A stretch of DNA of 64,000 bases from Planctomycetota bacterium (GTDB taxonomy: Bacteria; Planctomycetota; UBA1135; UBA2386): NCBI GenBank assembly GCA_965223545.1, contig OZ245006.1, positions 7,168,001 to 7,232,000 of the forward strand, read 5' to 3'. The first letter of the stretch is position 1. Each line of letters starts with the position of its first letter. Shown here one piece after another: positions 1-13,519 of the stretch. The notes beneath the pieces are model-generated. The model had not been told where the DNA came from, did not search any database, and saw only the letters and a program-made list of their open reading frames with translations. The position numbers and the translations under genes are program-made.

Positions 1-2233
1 TCGCGTCCTGCATCAGCGCCACCATCGTCGCGTTGGTGCCACTCGGATCGCCGGCGGTGGCCAGGCCGAGCAGCAGCAGGTCGTCGAGCAGGTCGGGCAC
101 GCCGTTTCGGTTGCGGTCCAGGTCGAACACCACGTGCACGACCTGAGGCAAGTCGAACGGCAGGCTGCCCGGCGTGGGTTCCTCGACGCGAATGCGCACG
201 ACCGCGCCGATGCCGGGATTGCCCGCCAGGTCGGCCGCGGTGGCGGTGATCTGGTAGTCGCCCGGCGCGAGCGCCAGATGCGGCGGCATCGCGAACCGCA
301 AGCCGGCGGGGTCGACGTCGGCTTCGGCGAAGATCGTCTCGGCCCCCGGTGCCGTGTGCGCGCCGCGGATCGTGACCACCACGCTGCCCGGGTCGAACGC
401 GTTCTCGGGGTCGAAGGCCGCGACGTCGATGGTGAAGCCGTGTGGCGGGACCACCATGTCCTGCGTGCGGGCCGTCGCCGTGCCGTTCGTCGACAGCTCG
501 ACCAACGGGGCGCGGAGGTCGGGCAGAGTGGCGGCGGTGAACGCGCGGAGCGCGTCGTCTTCGAGGGGTGTGCCGGCGCGGTCGGCGACGCCACGAGGCC
601 CGCCGACGACGACGAAGGTGTACGGCTGTCCCGGCGACCAGCCGCCGCTGGGATGCAGGCGGACGACGCGGCCGTCGCGGTCCAAGGACAGGCTGCTGGG
701 AACCGCAACCCCGTTGGCGTCGAGCGCCAAAACGCTGGTCGCCGTGACGGTGCTGGGCTCGACCGGGGCGTCGAAGATCGCGGCAAGGGTGCTGTTGGGG
801 GGCACCGCCGTCCCTGCCGGCGCCAGGAGCACCGACAGCTGGCGGGGGCTTGCGTCGGTCTCGAAGTCGATCGGTGACGGGGCCGCCAACGGGTTGCCGG
901 CGCGGTCGGTGACCGCGTCGTGGCCACCGGCGATCTGCACTTGCACGGTCGTGCTGGGTGGCAGCGGAGTGCGCGGTCGCAAGCGAAGCTCGCGCCCGCC
1001 GCGCTCGAGGCCGATGGCGGTATCGAGGCGACGCCCCTCCGCCCACAGCGACGCCGCGGTCGCGATCCGGTCGGGATCCAGGGGCTCGTCCAACTCGATG
1101 CGGATGCTGGCGGCGGGGGACACCGCGCGCTGACCGGGGGCGGGCCAGGTCGCCGCGATCGCCGGCGCCCGTACGTCGCTGCCCACGGTGAATCGCAGCT
1201 GCCGGCGCTGGCGCAGCAGGTTGCCGCTGAGGTCCCGCAGACTGTTCGGGCTACCGCCGACCAGGGTCAGGGTCTGGGTAGTGCCCACCGGCAGTGGAGT
1301 GATCGCCTGCAGGTGGACGTGGCGGCGGTCGCGGCTGGTCGCTGCGGTGAACGGCACCGCCGCGCCGCTAGCGTCGGTCCACTGCACGGCGTTCGGCGTC
1401 ACCGAGGTCGGATCGATCGACTCGTTGAACTCGAGTCTCAGGTCTGCCGTCGGTGAGATGAGCTCGTTGGTGTCGGGGCTGCTGCGGGTGAAGTGGGGTG
1501 GCGCGCGGTCGGGCGCGGTGGTGAACGACACGGAGAACTCCTGGCCGAGCCAGTTGCCGTGCCGATCCTGCACGCTGCCGGCGCGCAGCACGGCGCGGTG
1601 CGGCGTTCCGCCGGGGAGCTCGTACTCGGGCCGCAGTCGCAAGGTGTGGCCGGTGACGCGGGCGTCGGCGGCGATGCGCCCGCCGCTCTGGTCCTCGAAG
1701 AACGCCGTCGCGGTCGACGGAACGCCGGCCAAGGGTTCATCGAAGGTGATGACGAGCCACTGCCGGCGCGCGACGGCGGTGGCACCGGTCTGGATGCTCG
1801 CGCCGAGCACCACGGGACCGCGTTGATCGACGGTGCGGAACCGGATCTGCAGCGGTCGGTCCGCGATACGGCCGGCGCGGTCGGCGGTCAGCGGGGAGAG
1901 CTGGAACGTGTAGTCGGTCGCCGGGGCCAGCGCGCCCGATGGCCGGAACTCGATGGTCCTCGCCGTCGCCGTCGGCGCGATGGTGCCGGCGACCCGTTGT
2001 CTCTGCCCGTCGAACAAGCCGGTGCGCGGTGCGTCGAGCGAATCCGGGTGGACGTCGGCGTCGAGGGTGACGCGGATGGTCGCGTCGTACGGCACCTCGG
2101 TGGCTCCGTCCGCTGGCGACGCGGCGACCACGGTGAGAGTGGATGCGCCGCCGGGCGTGGCGCCGCCGCCACCCTGACCGCTGCAGCCAAGGACCGCGAG
2201 CAGCCCCAGCATCCCCCAGCGCGTTGTCTGCAT
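1..2233 (-). CDS. Lipoprotein with multiple bacterial Ig-like (Big_5/SbsA-type) domains; 3' end runs off the window
   Basis: Not in the ORF track because it has no stop. Manual translation of three stretches (start, middle, window edge), all in one frame: MQTTRWGMLGLLAVLGCSGQGGGG (lipobox LAVLG-C), Ig units such as LTVVAASPADGATEVPYDATIRVTLD and PAIAATWPAPGQRAVSPAASIRIELDEPL, and ...DLDRNRNGVPDLLDDL at the edge. Confidence 0.8.
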   Translation of the reverse strand, partial: MQTTRWGMLGLLAVLGCSGQGGGGATPGGASTLTVVAASPADGATEVPYDATIRVTLDADVHPDSLDAPRTGLFDGQRQRVAGTIAPTATARTIEFRPSGALAPATDYTFQLSPLTADRAGRIADRPLQIRFRTVDQRGPVVLGASIQTGATAVARRQWLVITFDEPLAGVPSTATAFFEDQSGGRIAADARVTGHTLRLRPEYELPGGTPHRAVLRAGSVQDRHGNWLGQEFSVSFTTAPDRAPPHFTRSSPDTNELISPTADLRLEFNESIDPTSVTPNAVQWTDASGAAVPFTAATSRDRRHVHLQAITPLPVGTTQTLTLVGGSPNSLRDLSGNLLRQRRQLRFTVGSDVRAPAIAATWPAPGQRAVSPAASIRIELDEPLDPDRIATAASLWAEGRRLDTAIGLERGGRELRLRPRTPLPPSTTVQVQIAGGHDAVTDRAGNPLAAPSPIDFETDASPRQLSVLLAPAGTAVPPNSTLAAIFDAPVEPSTVTATSVLALDANGVAVPSSLSLDRDGRVVRLHPSGGWSPGQPYTFVVVGGPRGVADRAGTPLEDDALRAFTAATLPDLRAPLVELSTNGTATARTQDMVVPPHGFTIDVAAFDPENAFDPGSVVVTIRGAHTAPGAETIFAEADVDPAGLRFAMPPHLALAPGDYQITATAADLAGNPGIGAVVRIRVEEPTPGSLPFDLPQVVHVVFDLDRNRNGVPDLLDDLLLLGLATAGDPSGTNATMVALMQDA

Positions 2234-2662
2234 CCCCGATGTCCCTCCGTGGTGACCGGACGCCTTCGTCCGGCGGAGTGGCATCGGCCATCAGTGCGTG
2301 GGAAAAAGAGTGCACTTGCGCCTGGGGATGTACGCTTCCCTGTCATGGGCGGATTCGGTGCGCGGTACGAGGTGTGGAAACTCCGCACACTTGCGAAAGT
2401 CGTGGTCTACCGGCCCTGCAAGAGCGCCCAACTCCTCGAGGCCGGAGGTTGGCGCGTGGTCCTGCCATGCGGGGAGGTGGCGCGTCGCGTGTGGAGGAGC
2501 CTGGTAGGCTTGTCGGGCGCAGTGCGCAGCGGAGACGTAGGCCATGGGGCATCGAGAAGGCAGGGGCACTTAGGCCGAGGTCCGTCAGCTGCGCCAACTT
2601 CCAAGCCGCTCCGGCAAAAGCGGCATCCGAGTTGGTTGCGGCCGTGGCTGCGCTGAGCCCGC

Positions 2663-3484
2663 CTACTTCTCCGAACGCTTGGGCAACTCTGGCCAGATCC
2701 TCGCCGCTTCAAGAATGACTGGCTCGCTCGCCCAACTGGGAATTCCAGCAACAAAGCTCTGTACTTCGGGCGAGGCACGATACTTTCGCATTGCCAGCAA
2801 AGCGCGCAAGCGTCTCCCTCCGTCCCAAGGCTGCTGCACGATCTCCATCAGAAGGGCTTCACCCCTGTGCAAGCCATCTGTTTGCGAAACGACAGCAATA
2901 ATCCTGTCGCAAAGCGGCCCCAAAGCCCGCTCATCAGCGGGGGAGGCCGCAACGCCAAGCATGAGGCCGTGCAGCTCCGCATCATGGGCAAAGCCGAAGC
3001 GAGATGGGAATCTTCGCAACATCTCCAAAGACTCGGCGCGCACCTTGGGAGGTTGCTCGTTATCAAAGAGTAGGTCTCGGTAGCGCTGCCAAGCATGGCG
3101 CGCCACCATATCGGAAACCTCCAAGACATCATCTCCCGATTCGACCCCACGGAGCAGACTCTCAACTCTGTCGAGCCGTTGTTTCAACTCCTGCCATACA
3201 CCACCGTCTGGGGCGGCAGCGGGGCCAGAGTCTGAATCGTCAGCCGGAGCCGAGGCATTACCGCGCAAGATAGAAGGTGTCTGCGAAGAAGTCTTGTCGC
3301 GCAGTCTGCGTACCTGCCGCTCCAGCTCATCGATATCGAATTTGATTCGAGCCACAAGTGCGTCGGATACCGCCGCGCCATCTCGAACGTCCCTCATTTT
3401 GCGGTTGGCTATGACACACATGACTACAGCACTCATGCTGAGTGCAAGAGAGAGCGTTCCGACCAACCCGGATCTATCGGCCAT
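2663..3484 (-). CDS. Hypothetical protein: N-terminal TM helix, coiled coil, HEAT-like helical C-terminus
   Basis: 273-aa ORF; hydrophobic LVGTLSLALSMSAVVMCVIA; overlaps the upstream gene by 11 nt; lower GC than the flanks. Confidence 0.6.
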   Translation of the reverse strand: MADRSGLVGTLSLALSMSAVVMCVIANRKMRDVRDGAAVSDALVARIKFDIDELERQVRRLRDKTSSQTPSILRGNASAPADDSDSGPAAAPDGGVWQELKQRLDRVESLLRGVESGDDVLEVSDMVARHAWQRYRDLLFDNEQPPKVRAESLEMLRRFPSRFGFAHDAELHGLMLGVAASPADERALGPLCDRIIAVVSQTDGLHRGEALLMEIVQQPWDGGRRLRALLAMRKYRASPEVQSFVAGIPSWASEPVILEAARIWPELPKRSEK

Positions 3485-4271
3485 TGCCTCTGTTTTTCAC
3501 GATGTCCTGAGCCATGGCTCGGACACGCTGCGATTCATCTTCGATCATCATTCTGCGGCACTCTCCCAGGAACGCTGGTAACCAAGCATCACCTTCGTTG
3601 CCACGCCGCTCCAGGGCCTCGAGTACACATTTCCGGACTGCCGCGTCGGGATGGCGCAACAGAACAGTTGATGCACCGAGCATGTCCACATCCAGCTCCA
3701 TGCCCAGCATAGAGATCGCAATATGGCGTGCCACGAGCTCATCTCCTGACTGCAGGAAGACATCCTCGATCCATTGCTCTTTCACGGCTCGCCCTAAGTC
3801 GGGGATGGTTGCCCCGATCTCACCCAGAAAGCGGTAGGCTTGCGCGCGGTCCAGAGGCGGTGCCTCCGGATTCACGATCACCGCCTTTGCTTTAGCCAAA
3901 GTTGCTTCGCGAACGACGACGTGCTGAACATCCACCAAGTCCTCAAGCGCTAGGGCAATGATTGCACGCGCCTCCAAGCTCGCGACCCTCGAGCGAATCA
4001 ACGCGACCCTGCGCGGGTCCGCTTCCTGATGTACCGATAGCATGCGCGTCGCGGAAGCTCGCAGCTGGTCTCTCTCGCTCGAGTGCCGGACTGCTCTTGT
4101 TTCGTGAAGCGCTGCCAGTGCGCGATCAGAAAGGGCTCGTAGCGAGCGGGCACTGGCGAACTCGCCCTGTGGCCCTGGACGAACGTGCAGGTCCCACAAT
4201 GTCGCCGAGCAGAATGTAACAGCCGCCAATGAGGCTGCGGCTGTAAAGACTCTGTAGACCAATGTCGCCAT
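3474..4271 (-). CDS. Hypothetical protein: N-terminal TM helix and HEAT-repeat-like C-terminus
   Basis: 265-aa ORF; LLRHPDAAVRKCVLEALE and IEDESQRVRAMAQDIV resemble HEAT repeats. Confidence 0.6.
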   Translation of the reverse strand: MATLVYRVFTAAASLAAVTFCSATLWDLHVRPGPQGEFASARSLRALSDRALAALHETRAVRHSSERDQLRASATRMLSVHQEADPRRVALIRSRVASLEARAIIALALEDLVDVQHVVVREATLAKAKAVIVNPEAPPLDRAQAYRFLGEIGATIPDLGRAVKEQWIEDVFLQSGDELVARHIAISMLGMELDVDMLGASTVLLRHPDAAVRKCVLEALERRGNEGDAWLPAFLGECRRMMIEDESQRVRAMAQDIVKNRGNGR

Positions 4272-4436
4272 GGAAGCATGACTTGCGGTACCGCAGGACA
4301 GGGCAAAGCAGAAGCTTGGGACACCGCCTCGCTACGCCGGACCCGGGATGCCGGTCGTTCAGGACGAGGCCGCGCTGGTCGAAGGGGGTCGTGGCAGCGG
4401 AACGCCGGCGTCCTGCGCCGGCGATCGAGCAGGCCG

Positions 4437-5288
4437 TCAGCCGCCGTCGCGATAGCGCTGCACGACCTCCTTGAATCGTGGCAGCGCACGCAGCGCATCC
4501 AAGTCGCGGTCGCTGTCGAGCATCTCGTCGGTGACCGAGTCGGTCCGCTTGCGCAGGGCTCGCTCCAGGGCGGCCAGCGCCTCTTCGGTCGCGCCGGCGC
4601 GGGCCAGGAAGCACGCGCGGTTGTAGTGCAGGGCGGCGGCGGGCAGCTCGGTGATCTTGGCCTTCTCGACGATCGTCGCCACCTCGGCGTAGTGGTCGGC
4701 GGCCTTGCGGTACTCGGCGGTGGCGTAGCGGATGTCGGCAGCCTCGAGGTGGGCGGAGACCTTCTGTCGCGGCGAGCCCGTCTTGATCGTCGCCCGCAGC
4801 TTTTCGAGTTTGGTCTCCAGCCGCTTCTTGTCGCCGAACCCGTACAGCGCGTAGACGGCCGCATTGCGGGTGTCTATGGGCGAAGTGTCGGCATCGGCGA
4901 TGGTGCGGAGCAGCGTCATCGTCTCGGCGGGCGCCTCGCCAGGGTGCAGGTCGCGGAGTGCGTGGATGGCCCCTTGGCGTGCGGCGTCGGTGTAGCTGGC
5001 GAGCGCGTCGGGTGCCTTCGTCGCCCAACCGTGCAGGATGGGGACGAGATCGTCGGCGCGTTTGCGCAGACTCTCGTATTGACCGGGGTAGGTGACGCCG
5101 ACCTTCAGGCGCTGCAAGAACAGCTTCTCGAGTGCGGTTTCGAGCTGCGCATCGGGCGCGGTCAACACCGCGGTCAGCAGTGGGTCGGCCGCCTCTTGGC
5201 CACGGGCCAGCGGGGCAAATGTCGACACCGAGAGGGCGACGACGAGCAAGGGGTGCCGTCGGCCGAACAGAGCGCACGCGTTGTACAT
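4437..5288 (-). CDS. Exported TPR-repeat protein
   Basis: Signal-like N-terminus; C-terminal LHYNRACFLARAGATEEALAALERAL...DSDRDLDALR is a typical TPR plus capping helix. Confidence 0.75.
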   Translation of the reverse strand: MYNACALFGRRHPLLVVALSVSTFAPLARGQEAADPLLTAVLTAPDAQLETALEKLFLQRLKVGVTYPGQYESLRKRADDLVPILHGWATKAPDALASYTDAARQGAIHALRDLHPGEAPAETMTLLRTIADADTSPIDTRNAAVYALYGFGDKKRLETKLEKLRATIKTGSPRQKVSAHLEAADIRYATAEYRKAADHYAEVATIVEKAKITELPAAALHYNRACFLARAGATEEALAALERALRKRTDSVTDEMLDSDRDLDALRALPRFKEVVQRYRDGG

Positions 5289-5352
5289 GCGCCGATCATA
5301 CGGCCAAGGCGCCGCCGGCGGGGCCGCGCCCGCCGGCGATCCGGCCCCGCTG

Positions 5353-8997
<3,645 letters not shown>

Positions 8998-9259
8998 GAA
9001 TCCTCCTCCTGATGGGGCTCGTGGGTCACTGGAGCCACGAGCACTGGGGACGCCGGCGCCCGGAGAGCGCATGGGTTCCCACGGCCGACGAAGGACCGCA
9101 GGCTGTTCGCCTTCGAAGATCGCGCCATGCCACCCGCTCCCGGGACCGCCGCCCGTGACCGACCGAATCTACCTGGACCCGCGGGTGCGGGCCCGACACC
9201 GGATCGAAGCACGTCCGCTCGCAAGAGGGCTGTCGAGCTGAGGGCTGTGCTCCGACAGA

Positions 9260-9307
9260 ACGCTATCTATTGTATGGCCGCCCCCGCTGCAATCCCAGGT
9301 GTTGAGA
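9260..9307. promoter_or_regulatory. Tandem NrdR-box-like operators upstream of nrdJ
   Basis: acgctatctattgtat (9260-9275, 13/16 to acaCwAtATaTwGtgt) and a weaker atcccaggtgttgaga (9292-9307), 32 bp apart. Confidence 0.7.
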
Positions 9308-9484
9308 AATCCCCTTGGCGTGGAGGGCACCGGCGCGCCAGCGCCCTAGCCATGCGGGATCCCGCCGAGTCGGGCGTCGTGCCAAAAAATCGCGACGCCG
9401 GAGCGCCCGCGACGCGGGCGCCGGTGGGGGGTGCCGGGGGGTCGCCCTTGCCTCGGTGTCGCGGTTGCGCTTCTCTCTTCGCCC

Positions 9485-10864
9485 ATGCCGGTCATGGGTG
9501 GGTGGCGGCGCGCGCTCGGCTGCGTCGCGGTGGTTTTGTCGGCACCGGGGCCGGCGACGGCCTCTCAGCAGGCGCTGCAGGAGGCCCTGGCCCGCGCGGC
9601 GGCGCTCGACGTGCGCTGTGGTGTTGCGGTGATCGCCGCCGACGGTGCGCCGCTGTTCGTGCACCGGGCCGACGAGCTGTTCATCCCGGCGAGCAACCAG
9701 AAGGTACTGACCGCCGCCGGCGCCCTGCACGCGCTCGGAGTCGACTACGAGTTCGAGACCGGGTTCGAGCTGGCCGGCGGCGTGCTGCGCGTGACCGCCG
9801 GCGGCGACCCGAACTTGGAATCGGGGTCGGCCCACGATGGGCGGCGGACGTTCACCGCCGTCGCGCGCCGGCTGCGCGAGCTCGGCGTGTCCTCGCTGGA
9901 CGGCGTCGCGCTCGACCGCGGCGTCTTCGTCGGTCCGGCGCGCCCGCGCGGTTGGCCCACCGACCAGCTGCACCGCCCCTACTGCGCGCCCACCGCGGGC
10001 CTGGCGCTCGACCGCGGCTGTTTCGAGGTCTGGGGTTCGGTCCGCGATGGCGCGGCCCGCCTCGAGGTGATCGCGCCGGTCGGCGTGCCGTTGATCGATC
10101 GCGTCACCGTCAGTCGGCGGCGCGCCACGTTCGGCGTGCACGAGCGCGATGGCGCGTTGGTCGCGGGCGGGAGGTTGCAGCCGGGGAAGGATGCGCGCAA
10201 GGTCGCCGGTAGCGTGGCCGACCCCGAGGCGGTCTTCGGTCGTGTGCTGCGTCGCGCGCTGCGCGACGGCGGGATCCGGGTGGGGGACGCCACCGTGGCT
10301 CCGGCGGGGGCGCCAGTCTCGGTGGTCGCCCTGCATCGTTCGCCGCTGCGGGCCGCGCTGCAGCCGATGCTGCACGACTCGAGCAACTTCCACGCCGAGC
10401 AGGTGCTGCGCACGATGGGCGCGGTGCGTGAAGGCGAGGGGAGCTTCGCCGCGGGCGGGCGCGCGCTGGGTGCCGCGCTGGCGGAGCTCGCCGGCCGACT
10501 GCCGGCCGGTGCGGTGATCGCGGACGGCTCGGGGCTGTCGCGCGACAACCGGGTTTCGCCGCGGTGGCTGGCGTCGGTGTTGGTGGCGGCCATGCGCGCG
10601 CCGCTGGGCCGGGTGCTGCACGGCGCCCTGCCCCGGCCGGGCGAGGGCTCGCTGCGGCGCCGGTTCGCGGGTTCGCCGGTGCGCGCCGAGGTGTCGGCCA
10701 AGACCGGGTGGATCGCGGGTGCCTCTTCGCTCTCGGGATGGGTGCGCGGCCGCGCCTTCGCCATCCTGATGAACTACGATCCCGCGGTGGCCGGCCTCAA
10801 CAAGGACCTCAAGCGGCTGCAGGAGCAGATCGTCGAGGCCGCGGCGGAGCTGTCGCTGCCGTGA
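9485..10864 (+). CDS. dacB: D-alanyl-D-alanine carboxypeptidase/endopeptidase (PBP4, peptidase S13)
   Basis: PASNQK (SxxK), SSN (SxN), DGSGLSR and KTG motifs; signal peptide; start approximate. Confidence 0.92.
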   Translation: MPVMGGWRRALGCVAVVLSAPGPATASQQALQEALARAAALDVRCGVAVIAADGAPLFVHRADELFIPASNQKVLTAAGALHALGVDYEFETGFELAGGVLRVTAGGDPNLESGSAHDGRRTFTAVARRLRELGVSSLDGVALDRGVFVGPARPRGWPTDQLHRPYCAPTAGLALDRGCFEVWGSVRDGAARLEVIAPVGVPLIDRVTVSRRRATFGVHERDGALVAGGRLQPGKDARKVAGSVADPEAVFGRVLRRALRDGGIRVGDATVAPAGAPVSVVALHRSPLRAALQPMLHDSSNFHAEQVLRTMGAVREGEGSFAAGGRALGAALAELAGRLPAGAVIADGSGLSRDNRVSPRWLASVLVAAMRAPLGRVLHGALPRPGEGSLRRRFAGSPVRAEVSAKTGWIAGASSLSGWVRGRAFAILMNYDPAVAGLNKDLKRLQEQIVEAAAELSLP

Positions 10865-11688
10865 CGCGAGCGAGTGATGAGTCGCCGCGGACGCTACGGG
10901 AGACCGCGGAGGTGCTGGCGCGGCGGGCCGGGGTCCTGTTGTTGGCGCGCCAGACCGAGCTCGGCGAGCGCGGCGTCGAGCACAAGAGCGACCGCGAGCT
11001 GGTCACCGCGGCCGATCGGGAGGCCGAGCGTCTCTTGGTGCGCGGCTTGCGCGAGGCGTACCCCGAGCACGCGATCTGCGCCGAGGAGGGGGTGCTCACC
11101 CCGGCCGGTCGCGCCGATCGGGACGCCGCGTGGCTGTGGCACATCGACCCCATCGACGGCACCGCCAACTTCGTCCGCGGGTTGCCGTTCTACTGCGTGG
11201 CGCTGTCGGCGAGCCTGCGCGGCGAGCTGATCGCCGCCGTGGTGCACGCGCCCGCTCTGCGGCAGACCTACACCGCGGAGTGCGACGGTGAGGCGCGGTG
11301 TGACGGACGCCGGCTGCAGGTCTCGCCGCGGACCGAGTTGCGCCAGGCGTTGCTGGCCACCGGCTTCAGCTACCACCGCGATCGCGAGGGGTTCGACGAC
11401 AACGCCGACCGGGTGCGCCGGGTGTTGCCGCAGTGCAGTGATCTGCGCCGGTTGGGCTCGGCCCAACTCGACCTTTGCCTGACGGCCGCGGGCGTCTTGG
11501 ATGGCTACTGGGAGCTGCACCTGCAGCCCTACGACCTGGCGGCGGGGGCGCTCATCGTCCGCCGCGCCGGCGGGCGCGTGACCGACCTCCGCGGCGGCGA
11601 CGACTGGTTGGCGACCGGCCACGTGCTGGCCAGCAACGGCCATCTGCACGGCGCGCTGCTCGAGATCGTCGGCGACGCGAAGTCCTGA
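10861..11688 (+). CDS. suhB: Inositol monophosphatase family protein
   Basis: AEE, IDPIDGTANF, RRLGSAQLDL and PYDLAAG motifs; GTGA overlap with the dacB stop. Confidence 0.88.
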   Translation: MTRASDESPRTLRETAEVLARRAGVLLLARQTELGERGVEHKSDRELVTAADREAERLLVRGLREAYPEHAICAEEGVLTPAGRADRDAAWLWHIDPIDGTANFVRGLPFYCVALSASLRGELIAAVVHAPALRQTYTAECDGEARCDGRRLQVSPRTELRQALLATGFSYHRDREGFDDNADRVRRVLPQCSDLRRLGSAQLDLCLTAAGVLDGYWELHLQPYDLAAGALIVRRAGGRVTDLRGGDDWLATGHVLASNGHLHGALLEIVGDAKS

Positions 11689-11723
11689 TCCACTCGACCC
11701 CTTCAGGAGGGTCGCGCCAAAGA

Positions 11724-11753
11724 GGGCCGGCTCAGAGTGGGCCGGCTCAGAGT
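11724..11753. repeat. Perfect 15-bp tandem duplication
   Basis: gggccggctcagagt at 11724-11738 and 11739-11753. Confidence 0.9.
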
Positions 11754-12112
11754 GGCGTCGCTTCGAGTTGCGCGTTGCGCAGGTTCAGCGTGTGAGTGCC
11801 AAGCGGGCTTGGCGAGTGCAGCGAAAAAGTGCCGGGGGGGAAAGAATTCGGGAAAAGGGGAAGAAGGAGAGTCAAGTGTTGTTCTTTTACGTCCGTGGCG
11901 GACAACCCCCGGCGTTGTACCCATATGTTGTGGCGCGAGGCGCCATCGGAGCGGGAAGGGGTGGTTGTGGTGGAGGGCGCTGCAGCCCCCCGCACACGCT
12001 GAAGGTTACCCTTCGATCGCTGGTTCTGCAAAGCCCGGGCGCAGAATGTTGAGCACCGAATTCGGCTGGTCGGCGCCCGCGGCGGTGGGGCCAAGGCGTT
12101 CTTCCGCGGACA

Positions 12113-13519
12113 TCAGGACGCGGGCGCGGGCGGAGCCGGGATCGATGGCGCGTGGCTGGGCGCCGCGCGGTAGCGGCGAGCGGCGGTGAACAGGAACCAC
12201 GCCGCGGCCGCCGGGGCCAGCAGCGCCAGACCGACCAGCGCCGCGTCGCCGAAACCGCCGATGTGATGGCGGGTGTGCAGCAGCAGCTGCAGCAGTCCCA
12301 AGCCGAGGTCGATCGTCGCGAGCACGCCGAGGGTGAGCGCCATCCGCACCGACCAGCGCCGCGCCAGTTGGAGTAGGCCGACGAACAGCAGCAGGTCGAA
12401 GACGGCCCAGCCCCATTGCACCACCGGGTGCGGAAACCAGAGCGGAGCGGCGATCAGCAGCAGCGCGGTCCACGGCACCAGCAGCGCCGCCAGCACGCAG
12501 GCGACCAGCGGCGCGCGGTGGATGACGGTGCGGCCGGCAAACCGCGTCAGGCTGCCCTCGGCGAAGGCGCGCAGCACATCGAGCACGGCGCCGGCGCCGG
12601 CCTGGTCGGGAGGGGTCGCCAGCCACACCGGGGTCCAGCCGTCCGGCCGCAGCTTCGCTTTGAACGCGCGCAGGCCGGCGAAGTCGTAGAGTGGCCTGCC
12701 GACCCGGGCGATCGCGCCCAACAGGCGCGACGGGGTGTCTGCCAGCGGCGCCAAGCCGAACGTCACGTGCGTCGCGCCCTCGTCGGCGAGCCGCTCGAGC
12801 ATGGCGAAGAACAGCGTCTCCATCGTGCCGTTGGGGGCGCTCGGATGGCGCAGCGCGTCCTCGAGCAGCCAGCCGTCGCGGGCGTAGATGGGCACGGCCA
12901 CGAGGAGGCCGACCAGCGTGCCATCGCGCACGGCGATCAGGTAGCGCCGCTCGGCGGCGTGGGCGAACGGCTCGATGCGGACCACGAAGCCGAGTGGCGG
13001 CATCGCGCGCCCGCGCAGCCAGGTCGCCACCAGCTGTTCGATCGCGGGTCGGATGGGTTGGTCCCGGCCGAGCTCGGCGGGAGCGAGCGCTCGCACCGTC
13101 ACCCCTTTGGCCGTGGCACGGCGCAGCTGCTCGCGCAGGCTGCGGTGCGCGGCCAGGATCTCGGCGCCGCGGCGCGGGTGCCAATGCGGCTGCGCGCCCA
13201 GCGGAGTGCGCGCCCAGCCCGGCGGCACCGTCGCTTCGAGACCGAACCAGCGCAGCCGCCGGCCGTGGCCCGCGGCGCTGCTGGCAAAGCGCTGCATTGC
13301 GCGGGCGGTGTGCTGCGGCGCGGCCAGCGGTCCCCCGACGGTCACCCAGGCGCGGCCGGTATCGCGGTAGGCGACGCAGGCATCGGTCGCCTCGTCGAAC
13401 CAGTAGTGCAGGCCCGGTTCGAGGACCTGGAACGAGGTCGCGGCGCGGCCGTTCCGGCGCAACGACGACCACAGCCGCGGGTGCACGAGTGGTCTCGCGC
13501 GGTCAGCGCGTTCCGCCAC
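12113..13519 (-). CDS. DUF2156 / aminoacyl-phosphatidylglycerol synthase C-terminal (LPG_synthase_C)-like domain protein with C-terminal TM helices
   Basis: SLREQLRRATAKGVTV, PPLGF, LRHPSAPNGTME, FGLAPLA and YDFAGLRAFKAK motifs; GTG start approximate, overlapping the upstream gene. Confidence 0.8.
   Translation of the reverse strand: MAERADRARPLVHPRLWSSLRRNGRAATSFQVLEPGLHYWFDEATDACVAYRDTGRAWVTVGGPLAAPQHTARAMQRFASSAAGHGRRLRWFGLEATVPPGWARTPLGAQPHWHPRRGAEILAAHRSLREQLRRATAKGVTVRALAPAELGRDQPIRPAIEQLVATWLRGRAMPPLGFVVRIEPFAHAAERRYLIAVRDGTLVGLLVAVPIYARDGWLLEDALRHPSAPNGTMETLFFAMLERLADEGATHVTFGLAPLADTPSRLLGAIARVGRPLYDFAGLRAFKAKLRPDGWTPVWLATPPDQAGAGAVLDVLRAFAEGSLTRFAGRTVIHRAPLVACVLAALLVPWTALLLIAAPLWFPHPVVQWGWAVFDLLLFVGLLQLARRWSVRMALTLGVLATIDLGLGLLQLLLHTRHHIGGFGDAALVGLALLAPAAAAWFLFTAARRYRAAPSHAPSIPAPPAPAS

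Noticed and set aside
13..2388. Track ORFs in the first 2.4 kb
   Set aside because: They are off-frame or antisense shadows of the open-ended Ig-domain lipoprotein gene starting at 2233.
11790..11835. CIRCE (HrcA) operator from gagtgccaa half-sites
   Set aside because: Only direct-orientation half-sites are present, with no TTAGCACTC-N9-GAGTGCTAA inverted pair and no chaperone gene.
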